This document shows, in pieces, positions 9,659 to 17,012 of a DNA stretch of 64,000 bases. Below the pieces are notes generated by a model, which saw only the letters and a list, made by a program, of their open reading frames with translations, was not told the DNA's origin and searched no databases. Source of the stretch: a virus. Taxonomy: Duplodnaviria > Caudoviricetes. The stretch covers positions 1 to 64,000 of IMG/VR virus record IMGVR_UViG_3300024331_000007. One strand, written 5' to 3'. Every line of letters starts with the position of its first letter. Position 1 is the first letter of the stretch. Made by a program: the position numbers and the translations under genes.

Positions 9659-10214
9659 AATTTTTCTTTCTCGCTTTTGATATTTTTCTTCTTGTACTTT
9701 CTATTACTACGTGGCCTAATAGAGATTTGGAAATTTTTTCTTTTGATTCGTTTGATACCGTTTTTCCTTTGTTGCCAGCACCTATTTTTCTCTTGTGATC
9801 TTCTGATAAAGGATTTGTGTTTTTGCCTTTCATACTTTTAGAAATATTTTTTCTATGAGTTTCCGATAGCAGTTTGCCTTGCAAAGATTTCGAAATTTTA
9901 TTTTTTGTTCCCTCAGTATGAATTAATCCCTTTTGTCCGTCACCACCATCTGTTTTGTTAAGTAAACATCCCGTTCCTAAGTCAACTCGTCCATACCAAT
10001 CAATAAGAAAAATTTCATCTCTAAATGCATCTTCTTCAGTAAGTCCTACTGAATGAAATTTAATAAAATTTTTGTTTTTAGGAACTGAAATTCCTTTTTG
10101 GTGTTTCTTGAAGCATCTATTACCAAAACCCTTTCCTATGTAGTATGGAGTTCCCTTTAGTCCGTGTTTAGAATTTTTGTTCCTTAAGTACAGGTATACA
10201 TAAAAGTTGTTCAT
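9630..10214 (-). CDS. GIY-YIG homing endonuclease with NUMOD3 repeats
   Basis: FYVYLY...PYYIGKG, LLNKTDGGDG, HTEGTKNKISKS repeats; late motif upstream. Confidence 0.9.
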   Translation of the reverse strand: MNNFYVYLYLRNKNSKHGLKGTPYYIGKGFGNRCFKKHQKGISVPKNKNFIKFHSVGLTEEDAFRDEIFLIDWYGRVDLGTGCLLNKTDGGDGQKGLIHTEGTKNKISKSLQGKLLSETHRKNISKSMKGKNTNPLSEDHKRKIGAGNKGKTVSNESKEKISKSLLGHVVIESTRRKISKARKKNFDVRIRSGS

Positions 10215-10269
10215 AATTCAGTTCACATTTTAATTATACCGTATCGAAACTTATTTAGCAAGGCTAATC

Positions 10270-10518
10270 CTACGAATTTTCAAACATCCAAAGTGTCACT
10301 TCCTCTTTGGACGCTCGTGTTATCTCGTTGCTGTACAATTCCCACGTCTTTTGTTTTTCAGACAACTGGCGAACACTGATATATCCGCCGTTGATACGAA
10401 TGATTTTGCCTAAAACTATGTGTTTGAAATTTCCGGGTTTGTACAGATCAAAGAAAACGTAGTCGCCTTTATTTGTTGGTGTTCCGTTTTGGTCCAGCGT
10501 ATCTGCTAGTTTTTTCAT
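10270..10518 (-). CDS. hypothetical protein (D.NG..L..GD family)
   Basis: Start moved downstream of tRNA-Ser; shared N-terminal motif. Confidence 0.55.
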   Translation of the reverse strand: MKKLADTLDQNGTPTNKGDYVFFDLYKPGNFKHIVLGKIIRINGGYISVRQLSEKQKTWELYSNEITRASKEEVTLWMFENS

Positions 10519-10521
10519 AAA

Positions 10522-10612
10522 TGGCGGAAGGCTGAGGTGTCGATCCCCATGCTGTTTTGCAAGCACCACTAGTTTTCAAGACTAGGTTTAAGGCCGCTTA
10601 AATTAACCTTCC
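10522..10612 (-). tRNA. tRNA-Ser (TGA)
   Basis: Long variable arm, CT-TGA-AA, G73, CCA. Confidence 0.9.
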
Positions 10613-10690
10613 ATAAAGAGACTCACTTCCCTGAAGAAGTGAGGGCATCGGGATAAACTTGCTCTGATGGTTGTCCCGATGGGATGAATT

Positions 10691-10779
10691 TGGCGGATAG
10701 CTGAGATGTCGATTCCCATGCCGTTCAAGGCACCATCTGTTTTCGAAACAGAGTCAACAGCCGTGTTGATTAACTATCC
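10691..10779 (-). tRNA. tRNA-Ser (CGA)
   Basis: TT-CGA-AA, variable arm, GCCA. Confidence 0.9.
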
Positions 10780-10783
10780 AATC

Positions 10784-11089
10784 TTAAACGGAGAATGAAG
10801 AACCACATCCACAACTTTTAACAACATGTGGGTTGACAATATTGAAACCTTGTCGCATCAGTGTTTCTTCATAATCCAAAGTCACATCTTTCAAATATAC
10901 ATCTGATTTCGGGTCTACATAGACCTTAATTCCATTTGACTCTAACACGAGGTCTTTTTCTCTCTCAGTGTCAAGTTGAAATACATATGACAAACCTGAA
11001 CAGCCACCGCCTCTTACTCCAATCCGCAATGCTTTACCTTCTGGTACGATGCGAGAAATGTGTTTCCATGCTGCGTCTGTTATATTCAT
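10784..11089 (-). CDS. iscA: A-type iron-sulfur carrier (HesB/IscA/ErpA family)
   Basis: GGGCSGLSY and SCGCGSSF signature motifs. Confidence 0.95.
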   Translation of the reverse strand: MNITDAAWKHISRIVPEGKALRIGVRGGGCSGLSYVFQLDTEREKDLVLESNGIKVYVDPKSDVYLKDVTLDYEETLMRQGFNIVNPHVVKSCGCGSSFSV

Positions 11090-11095
11090 AATTTT

Positions 11096-11191
11096 TGGCG
11101 GTGAGTGTGAGATTCGAACTCACGAACCCTGTTTTTAGCAGGGTTACTACTTTTCCAGAGTAGCCGCATCATCCATCTCGCGCAACTCACC
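11096..11191 (-). tRNA. tRNA-Ser (GGA)
   Basis: CT-GGA-AA, variable arm, GCCA. Confidence 0.9.
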
Positions 11192-11199
11192 AAAACTTT

Positions 11200-11222
11200 T
11201 GGCGGAAAATAAATGAGTCGAA
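11200..11222 (-). pseudogene. tRNA 3' remnant (T-loop to CCA)
   Basis: Minus strand TTCGACT-CATTT-ATTTTCC-G-CCA with no 5' part. Confidence 0.6.
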
Positions 11223-11248
11223 ATTGAAGTTTCCGACTAAATACCTTC

Positions 11249-11878
11249 ATGCCGAATTTTACTACTCAACGATGCGCAGTATGCTTTTGCGAATTTAAAA
11301 GAACTACAAAAGATTCCGCATCTGCGCGTCTAAAAAATTGTGGGGAATCATATTGTTCCCGAAAATGTTTTGGTCTATCAATTCAAACCAAAGTTACTAT
11401 TTCTTGTACTAATTGCCAAAAACAAATTTACAAGATTGAGTCCCAACTGCGAAAAAGTGGCAACAATTTTTGTTCTCGCTCATGCGCCGCCACATACAAT
11501 AATACTCACAAAACTTACGGAACACGTCGATCAAAACTTGAAGTCTTTCTGGAATCTCAAATTCGAGAAGCCTATCCAAACTTGAAACTTCTGTGTAACG
11601 ACAAAACCGCTATTAATTCAGAACTCGATTTCTACTTTCCAGATTTGAATCTTGCTATCGAGTTAAATGGAATCCTTCATTTCGAACCCATCTACGGCCA
11701 TAACAAGTTGGATCAAATTCAATCAAATGACAACAAAAAAGCGTTTCTGTGCAACCAGAATCAAATAAATCTTGCAGTTCTTGATACATCTATGCATAAA
11801 AATTGTAGTCAGGCCGTTAGAACTAAGTTTTGGTCTATTGTTCGTTCTTTGCTTGACTCAAATATGGCGGAAGGCTGA
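11249..11878 (+). CDS. Cys-rich Vsr/DUF559-like PD-(D/E)XK endonuclease, copy 1
   Basis: CxxC/FCSRSC repeats, then SELDFYFP..LAIELNGILHF; stop lies inside tRNA-Ser(GCT). Confidence 0.75.
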   Translation: MPNFTTQRCAVCFCEFKRTTKDSASARLKNCGESYCSRKCFGLSIQTKVTISCTNCQKQIYKIESQLRKSGNNFCSRSCAATYNNTHKTYGTRRSKLEVFLESQIREAYPNLKLLCNDKTAINSELDFYFPDLNLAIELNGILHFEPIYGHNKLDQIQSNDNKKAFLCNQNQINLAVLDTSMHKNCSQAVRTKFWSIVRSLLDSNMAEG

Positions 11879-11956
11879 GAGCACGATTCCCAATGCCGCT
11901 AAGCGGCATCAATCTGTTTAGCAAACAGTTCCAGACACCCTTCTGGTTAACCTTCC
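11865..11956 (-). tRNA. tRNA-Ser (GCT)
   Basis: TT-GCT-AA, variable arm, GCCA. Confidence 0.9.
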
Positions 11957-12059
11957 ATATATCTATTTAGCAACTCGCCACAGTGTCGGGAATATTACCG
12001 ATCATTGCAACTTTAAACAGGGCCGACTTCTCTCGCTTGTCCTGTAAGTTAGCTAAAAT

Positions 12060-12137
12060 TGGTGCGTGGAGTGGGCCTCGAACCCACAAACCGTTAGCTC
12101 TCGACCAACGAGGTATGCCAATTCCCATCACCCACGC
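12060..12137 (-). tRNA. tRNA-Leu (GAG), atypical short variable loop
   Basis: GTTGG-TC GAG AG-CTAAC; A73; CCA. Confidence 0.7.
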
Positions 12138-12147
12138 AAAACTTTTC

Positions 12148-12269
12148 GGAACATACCGCGACGGGAATCGCACCCGCATTTGTTACGCAACTACTGTGCA
12201 TCACTTTGTTATTTCTTGCCCCGGTTTTTTAGACCAGCGCCTCTACTTTTCGGCTACACAGTACGTTCC
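12148..12269 (-). ncRNA. tRNA-like RNA, AAA anticodon, 13-bp acceptor helix, long variable insert, no CCA
   Basis: GGAACGTACTGTG/CGCGGTATGTTCC; D, anticodon and T arms recognisable. Confidence 0.65.
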
Positions 12270-12598
12270 AAACTAAACTTTCTACTGGCAGAATTGCAAT
12301 AAAACTGGTCAGTAGTAGAGCGACGATTTATATTAGCATTGCCGACTACTCAGTACATCATTGGGCTTTTCAGTCGCTCTCGTTCCTACTCAGTTGTTCC
12401 CAATTTCTCTTTTTCATACAGCAAAGCGGTGGAAGTCGTCAGGCTATTTTTCTCCCAATATCATTGATGTACGGTGGATCAAGCAACACAGCATATTCAA
12501 CATATATACTCTTGAGTCGCAGGTTATACAACCGTATTGTGTTGCCCATTTGATTATTCGTTCAAGGTTTATTAGTTCCTTGATTGTACATCAAACTT

Positions 12599-12674
12599 TG
12601 GAGGCGCAAGGGGGAATCGAACCCATCGATGGACAATTTTGCAGACTGCCGCCTTACCACTTGGCTATTGCGCC
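12599..12674 (-). tRNA. tRNA-Cys (GCA)
   Basis: CT-GCA-AA, U73, CCA. Confidence 0.9.
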
Positions 12675-12684
12675 TTGTTAAAAT

Positions 12685-12759
12685 TGGAGGTCGGGGTGAG
12701 AATCGAACTCACGAATAAAGGCTTTGCAGGCCCTTGCATTACCACTTTGCTACCCAACC
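12685..12759 (-). tRNA. tRNA-Cys (GCA)
   Basis: CT-GCA-AA, U73, CCA. Confidence 0.9.
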
Positions 12760-12765
12760 AAAAAC

Positions 12766-13020
12766 TTAATTGCCGCTGATTGTGCTTATGATAAATCCTG
12801 CAACAGACACACTCAGCATCAAAACGATAAGTACAATTTCTATTCCACCGATCAATGCAATCGCAAAATAAACTGCAACTGCGAGAAGCGCATGCCATTC
12901 ACCAGCAGGAATCAGGGATGCGACATAAGGTGCTAACTTGAAAAACAAAAGGTGAATCGTGTACCACACAGGAACAACTGCAATACCAATCGCCAGAAAC
13001 AGCTTCAATAGACTTTTCAT
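12766..13020 (-). CDS. small membrane protein
   Basis: Three hydrophobic segments. Confidence 0.6.
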   Translation of the reverse strand: MKSLLKLFLAIGIAVVPVWYTIHLLFFKLAPYVASLIPAGEWHALLAVAVYFAIALIGGIEIVLIVLMLSVSVAGFIISTISGN

Positions 13021-13036
13021 AATCATCCTTTCAAGA

Positions 13037-13110
13037 TGGAGCGGAATACGAGGCTCGAACTCGTGACTACAGACTGGCAATCTATCATGTTACCACTACA
13101 CTAATTCCGC
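13037..13110 (-). tRNA. tRNA-Gly (GCC)
   Basis: GCGGAAT/ATTCCGC, TT-GCC-AG, U73. Confidence 0.9.
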
Positions 13111-13119
13111 GTTAAGTCT

Positions 13120-13148
13120 ATTATACTACTTTCGGTTCCTCTTTGCAA
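13120..13148 (-). promoter_or_regulatory. sigma70-type promoter
   Basis: TTGCAA-17 nt-TATAAT just upstream of tRNA-Gly. Confidence 0.75.
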
Positions 13149-13271
13149 TCAAATTCTTTGCCAATTTTCGGGCTTCTGGACCTAATCTTTTGGTCAACAT
13201 ACGACGAATAGACTCTTTTGGTTGCTTTGACAGATGAGCCAAAATTGCTGCTTCTAGAATTGTGATTGTTG

Positions 13272-13622
13272 TCATTTTATACCTTTTTCAAGCAAATCAT
13301 ACAACAATAAAAACTCTTCATCTTTGGTCGAACACTGAGGACAATATGAATGATCGAATGTATCACAATCATATGGACTCATACCGTGTGACATTACCAC
13401 AATTTCGTGTGTTCCACATCTTTGACAATCTCCGCGAAGATTATACCAAAGTTTTCTGAGCCACTTTTTCATAGTGCCTTTCAATTGGGGTGACCGACGG
13501 GAGTTGAACCCGCAAGAACATGTTTCACAGACATGCCTAACATCCCCATAGTTAGCACGGCCACACTTGTTAGCAGGTAGATTCACTGCTGATTCTAAAC
13601 TTTTGGTAAGGCGCGATCCCAA
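13272..13622 (-). CDS. hypothetical Cys-containing protein (real start probably MKKWLRK)
   Basis: ORF track; upstream part overlaps tRNA-His. Confidence 0.45.
   Translation of the reverse strand: MGSRLTKSLESAVNLPANKCGRANYGDVRHVCETCSCGFNSRRSPQLKGTMKKWLRKLWYNLRGDCQRCGTHEIVVMSHGMSPYDCDTFDHSYCPQCSTKDEEFLLLYDLLEKGIK
13486..13564 (-). tRNA. tRNA-His (GTG)
   Basis: G-1:C73, CT-GTG-AA. Confidence 0.9.
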
Positions 13623-14170
13623 CCGATGTGCCTTACGTAACCCATTGACGTAATCGCCGCGTGATAACCCAGACTTGCATAATGCCTTGACAGCGTGTGC
13701 TCAGAAATGTTTGATGTTCCTCTGAACTCAGTGTATGGTTTACCCAGCAATTGATAATCACTTAATCTTCGTAGACCCGGATTCCAACTAAATCCGCCCC
13801 AATTCCAATTCGCATCTAGTGTGTCAACATCAAACTGTGGCAATCGAACAATTGGATGACCGTTTGTGTCGTTATGTTCTCTCAACCAGACTTGTAAAAT
13901 GTTTGGATACTTTTCAAGTATCTCCAAACTCTTTTCGATAAAACCCGGCTGATAAAATTCCCAATCGTCCTCGCAATGAAAGATGTATGGTGTCTTCACT
14001 CTCGCATACGCCTTATCAATACCTTGAACCTGCCCTTCCTTGTTCCAATCTTCCACAATGAAAACTTCCTTCATTGAATATGAATTGAAACTGTAGAAAC
14101 TCTGCAAGGTTCGTGCAAGCAAATCATTTCTGCCACATGATGTTACTACAAGTGTAATATCTGCGCTCAA
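13595..14170 (-). CDS. GT-A fold glycosyltransferase (family 2-like)
   Basis: LVVTSCGR..LL..TL.SF; FHCEDDWEF; TTG start after GAGGA. Confidence 0.75.
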   Translation of the reverse strand: MSADITLVVTSCGRNDLLARTLQSFYSFNSYSMKEVFIVEDWNKEGQVQGIDKAYARVKTPYIFHCEDDWEFYQPGFIEKSLEILEKYPNILQVWLREHNDTNGHPIVRLPQFDVDTLDANWNWGGFSWNPGLRRLSDYQLLGKPYTEFRGTSNISEHTLSRHYASLGYHAAITSMGYVRHIGWDRALPKV

Positions 14171-14184
14171 GCATTCCTCAAACT

Positions 14185-14262
14185 TGGTCGAAACGGCAGG
14201 AATCGAACCTACTTTTTCCAGCCCTCGTGTTGGCTGGTGCCACGCCATTCGGCCACGTAACG
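14185..14262 (-). tRNA. atypical/pseudo tRNA (Pro-like acceptor, 8-nt anticodon loop)
   Basis: C1:G72, A73, CCA; CCAGCC-AACACGAG-GGCTGG. Confidence 0.55.
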
Positions 14263-14479
14263 ACATTCAAAATTTTGTTTCTATTCTAAACCTAAATGCT
14301 TACGAATAGCATTAACTTTGGCGTGCTCTATTTCTTCGTCAGATGCATCTTCGTTAACTTTAATTTGTTGTCCTTTTTCTAAAGATTCCGCCTTTTCATT
14401 AAGCGTGTTTAGAAATTCTTCAACATCGGATGTGTCAACATCAATGCTAAATCCGTCCATAAATACCTCTTTAAAATTT

Positions 14480-14554
14480 TGGTCGGGGAGGGGAATGTCG
14501 AAATCCCGGCCCTTCCGCCCCAAACGGAATGCTCTGCCTCTGAGCTACTCCCCG
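14480..14554 (-). tRNA. tRNA-Pro (TGG)
   Basis: CGGGGAG/CTCCCCG, TT-TGG-GG. Confidence 0.9.
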
Positions 14555-15147
14555 TTATTCATTTGTTTTTGAATCACCGAGTTGACTATTGACCAATATT
14601 TATTTTTTGCAGATTGGTTCAAATATTTACAAGTCGATGAATCAATTATAGCAAGATTTATTTGTTTTTGACAGCAAAGAAAATATTTTTTACTATCGTT
14701 GCTTTGAATCTGTTCTAGTTTTTTGGTTCCGTATATTGGTTCAAAATGCAAAATGCCATTTAGCTCGATTGCTAATTTTAGCTCTGGAAAATAGAAATCA
14801 AGCTCTGAATTTATCGTTTCCTTGTCATTACACAGAAGTCGTAAATTTGGATAATGACTTCGAACTTCTCCCTCAAGAAAGATTTCAAGTTTTGAACGTC
14901 TTGATCCATGTTTCTTGCTTCTATTGTTATATGTTGCCGCGCACGAAGACGAACAAAATTTATATGTTCGTTTGTAAAAATTTAGAGCTTCTGAACATTG
15001 ACTACACTTTTTTGGTGATAATGCATACGTTTCGCGTATTTTCTTGGCATTTTTAGCAGATACTTTGCTACCTATTTTTCCAGCATTACAAATACTTATT
15101 TGCTGTCTGCCACTCTTGTAATATTCTGTTTCCTTCATGTTGATCAT
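14545..15147 (-). CDS. Cys-rich Vsr/DUF559-like endonuclease, copy 2
   Basis: Same SELDFYFPELKLAIELNGILHF core; stop inside tRNA-Pro 5' end. Confidence 0.75.
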   Translation of the reverse strand: MINMKETEYYKSGRQQISICNAGKIGSKVSAKNAKKIRETYALSPKKCSQCSEALNFYKRTYKFCSSSCAATYNNRSKKHGSRRSKLEIFLEGEVRSHYPNLRLLCNDKETINSELDFYFPELKLAIELNGILHFEPIYGTKKLEQIQSNDSKKYFLCCQKQINLAIIDSSTCKYLNQSAKNKYWSIVNSVIQKQMNNGE

Positions 15148-15199
15148 GTTACTATTTATGATCAGCGTAAAGAAACTCGAATTTATGATTTCAAATCTT

Positions 15200-15276
15200 T
15201 GGTCTCCGAATTCGGATTTGAACCGAAATTTCTACGCCCCGAACGTAGAGTAATAGCCAAGTTATACCATTCAGAG
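15200..15276 (-). tRNA. tRNA-Pro (CGG)
   Basis: TT-CGG-GG, CCA. Confidence 0.85.
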
Positions 15277-15286
15277 ATTAAACTTT

Positions 15287-15362
15287 TGGTGGCTCCCCTC
15301 GGTGTCGCACCGAGCTATCGTGTTCTTCAGACACGCGCTTTCTCTGGATTAGCTTGAGAGCC
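15287..15362 (-). tRNA. tRNA-Phe (GAA)
   Basis: CT-GAA-GA, CCA. Confidence 0.9.
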
Positions 15363-15372
15363 ATTTCTAAAT

Positions 15373-15446
15373 TGGTCAGGGAGGGGAATTACGATATCCC
15401 GACACGAGTTTCCAGAACTCGGATGTTGCCTCTACACTACCCCCTG
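15373..15446 (-). tRNA. tRNA-Pro-like (TGG, C33)
   Basis: CAGGGGG acceptor, CGAGT-TCTGGAA-ACTCG. Confidence 0.65.
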
Positions 15447-15674
15447 ATAAATCAATGTCTGGGAAACTTCAAGGGTTTCACACCCTTTCGGTTTGCAGGA
15501 CACCTACCCTGCAAGTAGGCTTTCCCAAAGCTTAAAATCAGCCGCACTTAGCGGAACAACGGTCTTACTCAGATTCCCAACAATCTTATATGTTGCTGTA
15601 CACACAACATATTTAATGGAACGGAATCACTGCCTTTGCCAAGAGATTTACATGCCTGACTCTTGCCTCAATCT

Positions 15675-15758
15675 TGGTGCCCGAAGAGGGACTTGAACCC
15701 CCACGCCTTGCGGCACTGGCTTCTAAGACCAGCGTGTCTGCCATTTCACCATTCGGGC
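15675..15758 (-). tRNA. tRNA-Leu (TAG)
   Basis: CT-TAG-AA, variable arm with GCAA loop. Confidence 0.92.
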
Positions 15759-15847
15759 ATAAACAATCTTGAAACTGTACAACTAATAGTTATGCGGTCA
15801 AACTCCAATGTAAGCCGCGTGTTGTTTCAACAACTGTTTGAATCTTT

Positions 15848-15922
15848 TGGTGGACGCGGAGAGAATCGAACTCTCAATTTCTGGATGCAAACCAAATGTG
15901 TTCCCATTAGCACTACGCGCCC
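15848..15922 (-). tRNA. tRNA-Ala (TGC)
   Basis: G3:U70, TT-TGC-AT. Confidence 0.9.
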
Positions 15923-16018
15923 ATACATCTAAACTTTGACTTATCGCTCTCTGCGACTGAATGAAGCCTATCATTCAGGAAAGGATTTACACACGGTATG
16001 ACCTTTCCAAGTCCAATC

Positions 16019-16093
16019 TGGTGTTCGTGGGCAGACTTGAACTGCCATCTTAACCTTCGCAGGGTTGCGATCTATCCATTGATCTACACGAAC
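16019..16093 (-). tRNA. tRNA-Arg (GCG)
   Basis: CT-GCG-AA, CCA. Confidence 0.85.
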
Positions 16094-16245
16094 ATAATCT
16101 TTGTCCGATGGTCTACCGTCAACTGCCCGGTTCCTGCGGCGTCGGACACGCCATATTACAAACTTTTTGAAAGTCTCAAGTTTTAACTTTCATTGCTGAT
16201 AATTTCTAGTGTCAGAGCCTTCGCTCTTTTCTATATCAGTCAAAT

Positions 16246-16320
16246 TGGTGGATACGGGGAGACTCGAACTCCATCTTGTTCTTTGCGAAAGAACTGCTCG
16301 CCCAATTGAGCTACCGACCC
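16246..16320 (-). tRNA. tRNA-Ala (CGC)
   Basis: G3:U70, TT-CGC-AA; two acceptor mismatches. Confidence 0.8.
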
Positions 16321-16561
16321 ATGAAATTTACGCGCTGTAGGGTACGTTGACAATCCACATTCAGCGACTACTGTCAGAGTATGCATCCCAAACCTTAGAA
16401 AGTTTCGTACTCAGTTTGGACTCTCACAATCAAACTTGTATATGTCGTGCCAGTAGGCGAAGCTGGATTTCTGAGCGTTTATGATTTAGTGCTCAGTGTA
16501 TTCGAAGGTTCAAGGCTTACGAACCATTCAGCGCCTTATACGACTACGACATTCTAAAACT

Positions 16562-16648
16562 TGGTGCATGGTGAAGGACTCGAACCTCCGTATCCCCGAA
16601 GGGAAGATGCTCTACAGGCACCCGCAATTGCCGCTCTGCCAACCATGC
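16562..16648 (-). tRNA. tRNA-Tyr (GTA)
   Basis: CT-GTA-GA, UUCG variable arm. Confidence 0.9.
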
Positions 16649-16728
16649 ATACTACAAAATGATGCTGCCAACCCCACAATCCTTCGTCCGACAGCGTAAT
16701 GTTACACTTTCCGTAACATCCCCTAATT

Positions 16729-16808
16729 TGGTGGATCGTGTGGGAATTGAACCCACCTGAATATCTTTCATGCCATGAAAGCGATCACCCCAAGTAATCC
16801 TACGACCC
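16729..16808 (-). tRNA. tRNA-Ala (GGC)
   Basis: G3:U70, AT-GGC-AT. Confidence 0.8.
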
Positions 16809-16826
16809 AAAATCCTTCCTAAAACT

Positions 16827-16856
16827 CAAAAGCCCCTAACCTTTCGGCTAGAGGCT
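16827..16856 (-). terminator. intrinsic terminator / attenuator hairpin ahead of tRNA operon
   Basis: AGCCTCTAGCC-GAAA-GGTTAGGGGCT-TTT. Confidence 0.75.
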
Positions 16857-16877
16857 GGATAGAAAAATCCAATGACC

Positions 16878-16967
16878 TTAGCCGTTGATACCTGCTGGCG
16901 CAAAAAGACGGGCACATGCTGGATAGCTTGCGGGTTCGAGATGCGAGTTTGAGCTAAGTAGAGACAT
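16878..16967 (-). CDS. putative leader peptide MSLLSSNSHLEPASYPACARLFAPAGING
   Basis: 29 codons, 22 nt after TATAAATA, ends 22 nt before terminator. Confidence 0.6.
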   Translation of the reverse strand: MSLLSSNSHLEPASYPACARLFAPAGING

Positions 16968-16989
16968 TGTTTTCTTTTCCAACCTTCTG

Positions 16990-16997
16990 TATTTATA
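16990..16997 (-). promoter_or_regulatory. late promoter TATAAATA
   Basis: Exact T4 late consensus. Confidence 0.7.
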
Positions 16998-17012
16998 CTA
17001 CACGGTTATTTA

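Noticed and set aside
11200-11872. TGGCGGAA as a transposon target-site duplication
   Set aside because: It is the shared 3' end of Ser-type tRNAs, there are no terminal inverted repeats or transposase, and the analogous Asp locus has no identical duplication.
15600-15675. Theta/HDV-like ribozyme after tRNA 3' ends
   Set aside because: The spacing between candidate P1 strands is too short for P2/P3/L3; most tRNAs encode CCA followed by U-rich spacers.
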